The notes: a model not told the origin generated them from the letters alone. DNA of 64,000 nucleotides from Lama glama (GCA_028534125.1 CM052816.1:14944001-15008000), one strand, 5' to 3'. Counted from the first letter of the stretch, positions 35,432 through 46,870 are shown. A program made the numbers and translations.

Positions 35432-35866
35432 TGTTACCAAGTTCAAACTCGTTCTGCTCGCTGCATGACAGGTCAGTATATCAGAAGAGGTGTTGGGGCA
35501 AGGAATAGCAACTCTTTTCAGAAAGCTGGCAGACCGAGAGAATGGCAGACTAATGTCTTGGAGAACCATCCTCCCTGAGTCAGAATACAGGCTCCTTTTA
35601 TACAAAAAAAAACGGGGGGGGGGAGGTGTGGTTGGTTGTTTCAAACTTCTTGGTGTAGGAATTCTTTGTTCTTGCAGCTGTCCACCTGGGCCAGCTTATG
35701 GTCCTCCTGCAAAACCTCCAACAAAACAAATGTTATTCTCTATTCTGCAGCTTATTATCTTTACGTGAGTGCAGAGCTAGCAAGACTAAGCCTAGAAAAC
35801 AGGACACAGGGTTAAAGCCAAAGGAACAGATCTAATATGGAGTCAGATTTGTTCTTTTCTATTACA
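35432..35866 (-). mobile_element. 5' LTR of the ERV1 provirus (435 bp)
   Basis: Minus strand TGTAATAG...GGTAACA (TG...CA termini); TATAAAA at 35596-35602; AP-1 TGACTCA at 35576-35582; followed by the PBS. Confidence 0.88.
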
Positions 35867-37112
35867 ACAGCAATGTATCTTTTAACCAGCTCCTGGAGTA
35901 ATGGAAATAAAAGCAAAAATAAACAAATAGGATCTAACTAAACCTAAAAGCTTTCGCACAGCTAAGGATACCATCAACAAAATGAAAAGACAATCTACAG
36001 AATGGGAGAAAATATTTGCAAATGATGCAACTGACAAGGGAATAATTTCCAAAATGTACAAACAGCTCATACACCTTAATATAAAAAAAACAAGCAATCC
36101 AATCCAAAAATTGGCAGAAGGCCTAAATAGACATTTCTCCAAAAAAGACAGACAGATGGCCAAGAAGCACATGAAAAGATGCTCAACACCACTAATTGTT
36201 AGAGAAATGCAAATCAAAACTACAATGAGATATCACCTCACACCAGCCAGAGTGGCCATCATTAAAAAGTCTATAAACAATAAATGCTGGAGAGGGTTTG
36301 GAGGAAAAAGAACTGTCCTACACTGTTGGTAGGAATATAATATAGTTTGGTGCAGCCACTATGGAGGACAGTATGGAGGTTTCTTAAAAAACTAGAAATA
36401 GACTTACCATATGATCCAGCAAGCACACTCCTGGGCATATACCCACAGAAAAATATAATTCAGAAAGACACATGCACCCCAATGTTCACAGCAGCACTGT
36501 TTACAATAGCTAAGACATGGAAACAACCTAAATGTCCATCGACAGATGACTGGATAAAGAAGTTGTGTTGTATATATACAATGGAATACTACTCAGCCTT
36601 TGAAAAGAATAAATCAGTGTCATTTGCAGCAACATGGGTGGACCTGGAGATCATATTCTAAGTGAAGCCAGGAAGAGAAAGAAAAATGCCATATGATATC
36701 GCTTGTATGTGGAATCTTAAAAAAAAAGATACAAATGACCTACTTACTATTCATAATTTAGATGATTGATTTATTGAATATGTGTAAGCACATTTGACTG
36801 TCTTATTAGGTGACTGCATTCTGTTGATTCTTATTTTGTGATTGGCTTTATTCCTTTGATAACTATGTAAGTTTAAAAAATTAAAACCTCTAAACTGTTC
36901 ATAGAAACAATGAATGGTACATATATGTAAAATTTTTAAATATGTACAGTATATTATATATGTATTTACATGAAATTTATTGTATTATGCAGTCAAATTT
37001 TATCAATTTTACCTAATCAAAATGAAAAATGAAAAAAAAGCTTAGAAACAGTGAAAAAAATTCAGTAGTTGCCAGATGTTAGGGGGAAGTAGGATGAATA
37101 GGTGGAGCACAT

Positions 37113-38257
37113 TTTTAAAATGGATTTTATTTTTAAAAGCAGTTTTATGTTCATTGTGATATTTAGCAGAAAGTATAAAGATTTCCCATATACCCTGTCC
37201 CCAACACGTATAGCTGCCCCCATTATCAACATCCCCCACTAGAGTGGTACATTTACTACAACTAATAAACCTACATTGACACATCATTACCCAGTCTATA
37301 GTTTACATCAGGGTTCCTCTTGGTGTATATTCTATAAATTTACAGTTTCATGGGCCTAAAAATCCTATGTTCTATGTGGTCATCCCTCTTTCCCCTGCTC
37401 TACTCCCAACCCCTGCTAACCACTGATACATTTCTTAGAAATAGGAGTTTCCAGCACCTTTGAATAAATACCAAAAGGAGTTTGATTGCTGGATCATATG
37501 GTAAAAATGTGTTTACTTTCGTAAGAAGGTGCCAAACTACCTGTCAAAGTACCATTTTGCATTCCCACCAGCAATGAATCAGAGTTCCTGTTGTTCCTCA
37601 TCCTCACCAGAATTTGCTGTTGTCAGTGTTCTGGATTTTGGCCATTCCAATCGGTGTGTAGTGTTATTTCATTATTGTTTTAATTTGTATTTCCCTGATG
37701 ACGTGTGATGTCGAGATTCTTTTCACAGGCTTAACTTGCCATCTGTATATCTTCTTAGGTTAAGTGTCTGTTAAAGTCTTGGGCTCATTTTTTCTTACTG
37801 AGTGATAGTCATTTTACAGTGTGTCAAATTCCAGTGTAGAGCACAATTTTTCAGTTCTACATGAACATACATATATTCATCGTCACTTTTTTTCGCTGTG
37901 AGCTACCACAAGATCTTGTATATATTTCCCTGTGCTATACAGTATAATCTTGTTTATCTATTCTGCCTTGGGCTCATTTTAAAATTGGGTTGTTTTCTTT
38001 TGGTTGAGTTTTAAGAGTTCTTTGTATATTTGGATAATAATCCTTTATCAGTTGTCTTTTGCAAAATATTTTCTCTCAATCTGTGGCTTATGTTTTCATT
38101 CTCTTGACAGTGTCTTTCAGAGAGGGGAAATTTTTAATTTTAATGGAGGTCTAGCTTATTACTTCTTTCATGGAGTATGCCTTCAGTGTGATATATAGAG
38201 TCATCCCCGCACCCAAGGTCATCTGGATTTTCTCTACGTTGTCATCTAGGAGTTTTA
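37113..38257 (-). mobile_element. Old L1 (L1MC/MB-like) 3' end with a nested young L1 fragment at 37792-37966
   Basis: Reverse 3'UTR and ORF2 motifs; nested insert has TSD CTTGGGCTCATTTT at 37778-37791 and 37967-37980. Confidence 0.8.
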
Positions 38258-38901
38258 TACTCTGGTGTAAGATGTTCATAGTGAGGGAGGCTATGTGTGT
38301 CAAGGGGTACAGAGTATGTGAGAACTGTGTACTTTCAGCTCAACTTTGTGCTGAACCTAAAACCGCTCTAAAAATAAAGTCTACAAATACGTACACGAAA
38401 GACTTTGGGAATTATTTTTACCTGAGTGCCATTTTTGTTTGATTGAAAATTTACTCAGGCAAGCCAGAGAAATGTAATTAGTCTCATATGGATAACGAAT
38501 TACTTTTATCACATGATCTGCTCTACAAGGCTACTTCCTACTAATAAAATTACTTTAAACTGTATTCTAACATAAAATTTGTCATTTTTATTTACCATTA
38601 CATCATAGGTTTGAATGTTTCTGAAATTGTTCTGCTGAGAACTTTTGTCACCATTTTCAACTTCTTTCAGAAAAATCCTGTAATTAGATTACTGGGTAAT
38701 CTTCCCATTGTTTAGTTTCTATTATTGTATTCAAACTTAAAATAGTCTTAGAGGTTTAATATTTAGGATATTTATTTTTATAGTTGTATTTATAAGAAAA
38801 TCAGTATCTGGGATCCCCTCTAATTTTCTTTCATATGGACTCAAGTCTGAAAAAAGCTGTCTATTTTGGGGAGCAGCTGTATTTTAAAACATCTGAGTTT
38901 T

Positions 38902-38950
38902 GACTATAACTCAATAAAAAATGTTTTAAAAAAAAGAAAGTCAAAAAAAT
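38902..38950 (+). mobile_element. Ultra-short L1 3' terminus plus A tail with TSD
   Basis: GACTATAACTCAATAAA matches the young L1 termini at ~32940 and ~49912; flanked by AAAACATCTGAGTTTT and AAAATATCTGCGTTTT. Confidence 0.75.
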
Positions 38951-40670
38951 AAAATATCTGCGTTTTAAACATTCACATCTGCCGTTTTAGACTTTACTAC
39001 TATTTTAGAAATCTATTCTTTCATTGTGCCTTTTCATGCATTTTAGGTTTCATATTCATTTTGGCAGAAAGAAGAGGCTCTGAGGGGTCTAGAAGTCTTT
39101 CTTAGGTAACTCAGTTTATTGCAGCTGCTTTTGATCTACCATCTGTTGCTTTTCATGACAATGCCTCTTATTGTTTACCATATGGATGTACATATAATGT
39201 TTCTGTGTTCCACAGTAACATAAGAAGCCTTAATATAAGCCCACGCCATTTACAGGCCAGATCGGTATTACACTCTCATTTTAAACAGTGCCCTTATTCA
39301 TGCTTACTTGTTCTCCATGTTGACTCTGGTAGCATAGGTGTCTTTCGATGAAATCTGATAAGTGTTTGGGAAACTTCCCAATTTAACCAAATAGAGCCTA
39401 GGTTAGAATTTTAATTCTCCTCATTAAACTCTGGCCAATTTATCTTTTTCATGCATTAAGGCAATTGAAGTAACAACCGCAATGGATACATAAATTTTTA
39501 TTGAAATTAATATTTGGAAAAAATGTGTTATATCTTAAACATAGAAGTAACTATATTTTCTGTGTTAAGATTCATAGAAGAGTAAATGAGAAAACATCTG
39601 TAAGAATGCTAAACATTAACTGAGTCGGCTGACAAAGCCAAGTGTACTTCCTGGACAGTTCTTTTTTTTCCCCTGAGATTGCTACATTTGTGTATTTGAG
39701 AAAGAAAGTCATTTTCCTCCCAGTTTGCTATAAGTGATTTTACACTGTAACCTATACATCTGAACATATAGCAAGATTCTGGCTATAAAGTAGTGGGCTT
39801 GTATCAAAAGATGGGAAGAGTGATATTGAACTAATTAGGAAGAAGACCATTAAAGACAATCGAAATTTCAAGGTCAGTTGGAACTTTTACTTCATAGCCT
39901 CTTTAAAACTGTACCCATCTTTCCACAGTATTTAAAAAAAAAACAATATTTGGAAGAGGCACTCCATTACCCCTTTCTCCTTTTTTCTCATTATCTCTAT
40001 CAAAGAATCTCTACGTAGCAACCTAAGGGGCTCCCCATCTGAAGTTAAATGTACATATTTCACGATGACTTGATCATCACTGTGTAAAAGTAGACAGTGT
40101 GAAAATACACAGGGTAAAAAAAAGCATACCATAACTTTCCTATATTTTTCAACTCTGATAGTTTATATATTAGTCCTGTAAGAAATGAGACATCAGTTTT
40201 CCTCCTACAATTCCTGTGACCTCTTACCATTTCCTGATTACCTTTTTTCCCTTCTAGAAGCTTAAATCAGAGCAATACTCTCAACTAAGCTGCCTTCAAT
40301 GTATTTTGCTGACAAGTTAGTGCTTCATTTGCATTTCTTTCAGTACAGTGTACTCTGTGAATACATTACTAACTATTTCTAAATGCCCATAAAGATACTT
40401 TTAAAGTACTTATCTGATAATAAGATATGCTGGAAGAAATGCTTGGGAAAATTTAAATGTGTTTATAAATTATTTTCGGTGGGGTAGAAGTGAGAGATCA
40501 CCCTAAGAATTCTCAGTTCTCCGATACCTCTCTGTGGCTTTTAAAAATAGCCAGATCTCCCCCAAACCACCTCCTGAGGTTCAAGATTCCAAATCTCTCC
40601 AATTTGTTTCTTCAGAGTTTAGGATCTCAGTCTAGTCTTTATTAAACTTTATCAAAAGCATTTTCTTCAT

Positions 40671-40689
40671 CTACCACCAGGTGGCAGAT
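40671..40689 (+). promoter_or_regulatory. CTCF site (probable HS5-1b)
   Basis: CTACCACCAGGTGGCAGAT, a strong match to the CTCF core CCASYAGRKGGCR. Confidence 0.88.
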
Positions 40690-40726
40690 GGACCCACTTT
40701 CTGGAGAGCAACCCCGACTCCGCCCT

Positions 40727-40735
40727 ACCGGAAGT
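40727..40735 (+). promoter_or_regulatory. ETS (GABP/ELK-type) motif next to a GC box
   Basis: ACCGGAAGT, preceded by CCGCCC at 40720-40725. Confidence 0.55.
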
Positions 40736-40772
40736 TGTCATGTAAAGGAAACCTCTCTGGCCACACCTAGAG

Positions 40773-40799
40773 TTCAGCACCCTGGACGCGGACAGCGAC
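40773..40799 (+). promoter_or_regulatory. REST/NRSF element (NRSE/RE1), gapped form
   Basis: Left half TTCAGCACC (40773-40781), 8-nt spacer, right half GGACAGCGAC (40790-40799); canonical RE1 is TTCAGCACC-nn-GGACAGCGCC. Confidence 0.85.
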
Positions 40800-41380
40800 A
40801 CCACCCAATTTAGTCCCATGACTCGTTGCAGAGATTTTCACCTGACAAAGGAACTGGCCAATCCCAACTGTTTCCAACGGCCACATGATTGACTAATATA
40901 CAATGCCAGATACGGAGGGGGGAAAGAACTCCTTAATTTGGGACATTTAGACTAGCAGGGGAACCCTGTGATTTTAAATAATATATCATTTCACAGAATC
41001 CTGATTTTTATCCCCCACTACCCACTGGATTCTAAATGCATTCTTGTAAATGCTATCTTGCTGTGACACTAAAAATAGATTAACCAACCTTAGTGTATTG
41101 GTTTATTCCAATAAAATACGTAACACAGCAAAGGCGGTACAAAAGTCTGTGTGAGTTATGGCGGCCAATCCCTCTTCTCGCACAAAGCTGCCTGTCAGCT
41201 TTCCTAAGAAACCAGCGTGGGGACAGACTGCTTTTTCTGCCTTGTTTTCCAATTAATTAGTCTCGAAAACACGAAGAGCAGCTGTTTTGTTCACATGAAA
41301 TTACTACTTTAGACAGAGAGACTGATTGGACTGAAACATGAATGTACTATAGAAGGGACGGTTTAGGTGTCATTTTTCCA

Positions 41381-41393
41381 GTTACCTAGCAAC
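41381..41393. promoter_or_regulatory. RFX X-box motif
   Basis: GTTACCTAGCAAC fits GTTRCC-n-RGYAAC. Confidence 0.6.
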
Positions 41394-41680
41394 AAATTAG
41401 ACAAAAAGAGCACTTCTGCGGGCTTTAATTCATGTTTCTCAGAATGGGAAAAACCCAAAGACAAATGAAAATGGGCTCAGGACAACATATTAACTAAGTC
41501 TAGTGTTTAGAATCAGTTTAATAAATCTCAGTGCTGGGGCAACAGGAGGGGATAAAGGTAGAAAATATCTATTTAGGATGGGCAAATAAGCTAAATTAAG
41601 CCGAGTGTTAGCTGTAATTTATTCTGTTGTACGGATTGCTTTCTCTTTCCCACTGTTTTGATGGTGGTAATTGAGAACTT

Positions 41681-41699
41681 TAACCAGCAGAGGGCGAGT
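41681..41699 (+). promoter_or_regulatory. CTCF site (probable HS5-1a)
   Basis: TAACCAGCAGAGGGCGAGT, a strong CTCF core in the same orientation as the 40671 site. Confidence 0.85.
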
Positions 41700-42949
41700 C
41701 GACTGCATTTTCCTCCCCAAGACACTCCCTTTCTTCGCCCCACCCACTCTCTTGTCGCTTGCCCCAGGGAAATTAATTTACTAGGCTCTTCAAATATAGA
41801 CCAGCTGAGGAAGGCGTGGAGCAAGGAGAGCAGCGGTGCAGAACTCGGCAGAGGCCCACCCTGTCACCCTTGGATCTGTGGCTGCTCTTGAGTCGCCTTG
41901 CTTGGAGCTGCAGAGGGGACTGCAGTGGTTGTCCCAGGAGGGGGCAGGGATGAAAAGCAGCCCCCCTCTCAGAAGCCGTGGTTATTTGGGACCACTAGCT
42001 TCAGAGAATTGAGAGACCCAGAGGTAGCCTGGTCACACGACAGTTATAAGCTATAAACCTATGAAGGTTAAAAACAGAAAAGCAGCAGCTCAGTTCTCAG
42101 GGCCAGTAATAGCTCCGTATGCCTCAACAAAAACGGCTCTGCTCTGGCTTTGATACTCTAGGAACAAAAATGGGGTGGGGTAGGGAAAGGAGAAGATGAA
42201 AGACTAAGAGTCTGACTGAGTCATCTTTAAAACAACAAGGAAAGCAAGCCACTCAAGGGGAGAGACAATGAGAGAAAGCCTGCCAAAATGCAGGGCAGAG
42301 CAATAAAGCATGCTGTACACAGTTGATTTATTGTTGGATGGAGCCCTCCGCCTTCGTCAGGCATACCACTTGCTCCGGGAGGTGGGGGGGAGGTTTACCT
42401 TGTATTGTAAGACTTTGCAGAATCTCCTTAGGCAGGCAGCCAGAAATCCCATTACTTGGACATGCCCTTTCTCCTCTACATATTTATGTCTCAGAATTCA
42501 TATAATTCAGTTTCAAACTAGTAAAATTAATTTTTTCTGGAGGCCATTCAACTAAATTTTATGCAGCATTGCATTTTCTCTCCTTCAATCATTAAATTTC
42601 TGTAAAGCTTGTATTTAAAGGATCCCATTTCATTAATAAATCCATTTCATGAGGAAATGTGATACTCTCTTAACATTTACTATGGGGGGCAAAGAATAAG
42701 ATGTCTTAGGATAGATCAACACTTTTCAGAAAACATGCTTTGATTCAGTTTTATCATTAATCTTACAGGTAAATTGCACTTTGATGGCATGTTGCACACT
42801 TGTTCCTGTAGCATTCCCTCTGTAAGCACTTGTAAGATAAATTTTCTATGTGTATACCAAACTTCATTCGTGTTACACCAAGATCCAAACAAGTGCTTAA
42901 AATTGGCTAATCTCATCTCCCCATGGAAGCCAAAATTATCATTAAAAAA

Positions 42950-43755
42950 ATGGGAGTAGTAAGTCAGTGAACAAGCACTTAATAACAGAATATATCCTAA
43001 AAGCCAATAAGCATATTCAAAGGTTTCAGCATCATTAATTATCAAAGAAATGGAAATTTAGACCACAATGAAATGCTTTTACCCACCCAAGAGAATGGCT
43101 CAATTAATTAATTAAAAAGCTGACATTTTCAAGTGTTGGAAAGGATGGAACAACTTTAACTATCACACGCTGCTAGTGGGGTGAAAGGTGGTACCGTCTC
43201 TGGAAAACTATCAGCATTTACTGAAGTCCAGTATATACACACCCTACAGCCCAGTAACTGCACTCTTAGGTATATATCCAATAGAAATGCTTATATTTGC
43301 ATACAAGAAGACATGTAAAAGAATGTTCATCTTAACTCAAACTTGGAAGCAATCCAAACCTCAACAGTAGAATGGATGTACTGTTATTGTCATGTACAGC
43401 AATATTGCATATATGCAGCAATAATTTTAAAAAACTCCCACTACACACAACAATATGTATAAATCTCACAAATACAATTTTATGTTAAGCAGGAAAAAAA
43501 TCAGGAAAAAATTTTGTATGATTCTGTTTATACAAAGGTCAATTATTAGAAAAACTAAACAATCAGAATAGTAGTTATCTTTGGTGGAGATCATGACTGG
43601 AAGAGGGCATGAGGGAGGCTTCAGGGATATTGATAATATTCCACTTCTTAATTTGGAAGGTGGTTACACAGGTGCATTCACCCTTTAGATATCAATTGCA
43701 CAATACACTGATTTGTACATGTTAATTATATTGTACTGCAATTTAAGTTTATATT
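42950..43755 (+). mobile_element. Old L1 (L1ME-like) 3' fragment
   Basis: ORF 43188..43370 (YSPVTALLGIYPIEM) is a degenerate ORF2 C-terminus, followed by 3'UTR motifs. Confidence 0.75.
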
Positions 43756-43759
43756 TTAA

Positions 43760-44195
43760 TAAAATAATGTCATTTGCAGCAACATGGGTAGCCCTGGAGA
43801 ATGTCATTCTAAGTGAAGTAAGCCAGAAGGAGAAAGAAAAATTCTATATGATATCACTCGTATGTGGAATTAAAAAAAAAGACAAATGAACTTTTATATA
43901 AAACAAACAGACTCACAAACAGAAAACAAATTTATGGTTACCAGGGGGAAAAAGGGTGGGAAGGGATAAATTGGGAGTTTGAGATTTGCAGATACTGACT
44001 GGTATACATAAAACTGATAAACAAGTTTATACTGTAAAGCACAGGGAATTATATTTGATACCTTATATAGTAGCTTATAGTGAAAAAGATTATGAAAACG
44101 AATGTATGTATGTTCGTGTATGACTGAAGCAATGTGCTGTACACCAGAAATTGACACAACACAGTTAACTGACTATACTTCAATTGAAATAAAAG
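43760..44195 (+). mobile_element. Camelid-type L1 3' end
   Basis: GTCATTTGCAGCAACATGG...TGACTATACTTCAATTGAAATAAAA. Confidence 0.85.
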
Positions 44196-44484
44196 TTTGT
44201 TTTTAAGAAGACACGACAGGTCATTTCATACCATTTAAAAACATTCAGTATCTTTCTATTATACTGAAAGCATAATCTAAATTCCTTACTGTAGCCTCTA
44301 AGGCCCTGCAAAAACTACTCCTACCTAAGTTTCCAATCTTATTAACCATTTTCTCCCTTCATTACCACACTTGAATTTGAATTACTCTGAGCTTTCATCA
44401 GTTTCTAAAATCTATCTATCTCTTGTCAATGTTAAGGCCCTTGGGCTTGCTGTTTTCTCTGCCTGGAATGCATTATGACCAGTT

Positions 44485-44584
44485 NNNNNNNNNNNNNNNN
44501 NNNNNNNNNNNNNNNNNNNNNNNNNNNNNNNNNNNNNNNNNNNNNNNNNNNNNNNNNNNNNNNNNNNNNNNNNNNNNNNNNNNN
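44485..44584. other. Assembly gap (100 N placeholder)
   Basis: Run of N. Confidence 1.
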
Positions 44585-44795
44585 TTAGATTCCACATATG
44601 AGCGATCTCATATGGTATTTCTCTTTCTCTTTCTGGCTTACTTCACTTAGAATGACATTCTCTAGGCGCATCCATGTTGCTGCAAATGGCATTATGTTGT
44701 CGACCAGTTCTTTTTATAACATGCTCCTTCTAATCCTTCAACTCTCCAATTAATGATACCTTTTTAGAGAAGCTTTGACTCTGTCTAAAGTCCCG

Positions 44796-45278
44796 GTGTC
44801 ATTTTTCTATTTGCTGCTGTAACAGATTATCACAAACTTAGTGGCTTTAAACAATACAGATTTATGATCTGAGACTTCTGAAGGTCAGAGGTCAAAATGG
44901 GTCTCACTAGGCTAAAAATCAAGGCATCAGCAAAAGCAATCCCTTTCTGGAGGCTCTAGGGGAGAATTTGTTTCCTTGCCTTTTCCAGCTTCTAGAGGCT
45001 GCATGCATTTCTGGATTTGCGGCCCCATCTTCCATCTTCAAAATCAGTACTGCAGCATCTTCAAATCTCTCTCAGACTCTGACACTCTCTTCCCTGCCTC
45101 TTTTCCACTCTTTTGATATTGTTAGATCCACCCAGATAATTCCGTATACTCTCCTGATCTCAAGGTCAGCTGATTTAGCAACATTTATTCCCCTTCATTA
45201 TGTATTGCAACATTTTCACAAGCTCTGAGGACTAGAATGTGGGCAATCTTTGAGAGGGCCATTATTCTGGCTACCGCA
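44796..45278 (-). mobile_element. MaLR LTR (MLT1C/D-like)
   Basis: GCTGCTGTAACAGATTATCACAAACTTAGTGGCTTTAAACAA...CTGGAGGCTCTAGGGGAGAAT...GGGCCATTATTCTGGCTACCGCA. Confidence 0.85.
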
Positions 45279-45979
45279 GTCCACCTCTTTTTTTTTTTTA
45301 TCCCCCTAGCACAGCGCTGTATTTCCTTTAGAGCACTGATCACAATTTTTAGTCATTTATACATTCTTCTGCCCGTTCACTGTCTAACTGCCCCCACTTT
45401 AAGGTAAATTCTGTGAGAGCACAGATTCTCTCTTGTTCTCTGCTGTTTCCCTGGTGCTTAGCATAATGCCTGACACACTACAGAAATTTAGGAAGTATTT
45501 CTGGAAAGAACAAATAAGTGGGTATGAGTTTAGGTCTATGTTTTGACACTTAAAACTGCTCTGTTTGGTTTTATCTTTCCCTTTCATATAAAAATATACA
45601 CATTGTATCTTGGCAGAAGGGGGATTTCTGGAGGAATCACAGCACAGATTTTTCAAGCTCTCCACTATACTAACTCACTGTAAATAATCATTCCTACAAA
45701 TAGATGTCCATATATGTCACATACGTAGCTTCACTTTTTATTGTATTTGGAAGTAGAGTTTAAGTTACTTCTTTCTAGAAAATCAGGAAGGCTCGTATTC
45801 TGAAGAAAAGATTAAGAGTTGGAATTCTTTGTTACAGTCAAGTGAGAAAAAATACGGTGCATGAGGTTCTAAGAATGATCCTAGAATGTAGTTACAAAGA
45901 CAGGTGTCATCATATAATCATCTTATATCTGTTTTACCAAGTTATAATATCAGATACCAAAATTTTAAAAAAAACTTGG

Positions 45980-46870
45980 TGATTCACTTCTTTATTCAGC
46001 AAATATCTATTAACTATCTATTAAGTGTCAGACACTCTAGGCTCTGGGTATACAATACAAAGTCCTTGCCTTTAGGGAGCCTACAAATACACAGTATTAT
46101 GTGAGGTAGTGCCAAGTGTTATAAAGAAGAAAGAGGATAATGGGAAACCAAGAGGGTTTTAAATGGATATTCAACTTACATTATAGAAAGGTAAGTCTGG
46201 TTGTTTTATAGCTATAAGGAGGGATACCAGTTAAAAGTCCACTGCAGAAATATGGGCAAAAAACAGTGAGAGTTTGAACTAGGGTGATAGTGCTGGAGTT
46301 AATATAAGTTAGTTGGATTTGAGGCATATTTTAAAGACAAAATTGACATGACTTGATGGACTTAGATGTGGAATGGTAAATAAAGAATGGCCCTCAGTTT
46401 GTCAGGGGTATCTTGGTATCAGTGGTGCCATTTACTGATATGGGTAAAGTCAGGGTTAGTTTCAGTACAGAAAAATCAAGAATTTTATGTGAAATCTGAA
46501 ATGCCTGTTAAACATGTAAGTTATGTTGATTAAGCAATTGAATATTTGGGTCTGTAGACTTAAGAGAGCTATCACATCTAGAAAGATTTTTTTGAGCAAA
46601 GATTAGGAAAACTATAATTAAAGCAATGTCACTGAATGAGACCAGCTAGGGAATTAGAGAAGATGTCCAGTCCTAGGGCACGTCAACATTGTGAGGTCTT
46701 GCAGATGGAGAGAAGCCAGCAAAGGAGACTTGAGGGGGAGTAGCCAGTGTGGTTACAGGAAATCAGGAGAGAATGTGTCCTCAGAGTCATGTGGAGATAC
46801 TGTGTCAAAAGGGAGGAAGGAAGGACTGCCTAGTTTAGTAAGATGAAACTTCAGATGGAAAGATTGAGGT
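45980..46870 (-). mobile_element. L2 fragment
   Basis: ATTCAGCAAATATCTATTAACTATCTATTAAGTGTCAGACACT (reverse L2 3' end) followed by purine-rich L2 body. Confidence 0.75.

Larger units (their letters stand above)
26921..36745 (+). mobile_element. Originally full-length L1 (5'UTR, ORF1, ORF2), now decayed, partly deleted and interrupted by later insertions
   Basis: 5' end GACATTTCTGGTCAAGATGAC. ORF1 peptides in ORFs 27958..28161, 31096..31308 and 31184..31582 (ITYKGTPIRLSADFSAET). ORF2 endonuclease in 32437..32730 (DLNTPLTSMDRSSRQKINKE, TFSRIDHML, SDHNAI). ORF2 C-terminus in 35982..36661. Confidence 0.85.
26560..38390 (+). mobile_element. Old L1MB/MC 3' end split into three pieces (~26560-26920, ~37042-37112, ~38258-38390) by later insertions
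   Basis: GGCAAAACTA at 26911-26920 continues as TAGAAACAGTGAAAAAAATTCAGTAGTTGCCAG at ~37043; tail GCTGAACCTAAAACCGCTCTAAAAATAAAG at ~38350. Confidence 0.65.
40550..42300. promoter_or_regulatory. Probable orthologue of the Pcdh-alpha HS5-1 enhancer
   Basis: Repeat-free, locally CpG-retaining block upstream of PCDHB1 with two CTCF motifs ~1 kb apart oriented opposite to Pcdh transcription, plus an NRSE; this is the described HS5-1 architecture. Boundaries are approximate. Confidence 0.85.
44215..45520 (+). mobile_element. L2 3' end interrupted by a young L1 (44485-44701, minus, partly in the gap) and an MLT1 LTR
   Basis: AAATTCCTTACTGTAGCCTCTAAGGCCCTGC, CTCTGCCTGGAATGC and CTGGTGCTTAGCATAATGCCTGACAC are L2 3' motifs. 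Confidence 0.7.

Noticed and set aside
26921..36745. An active L1 or intact ERV
   Set aside because: ORF1, ORF2 and gag are fragmented by stops, frameshifts, deletions and insertions
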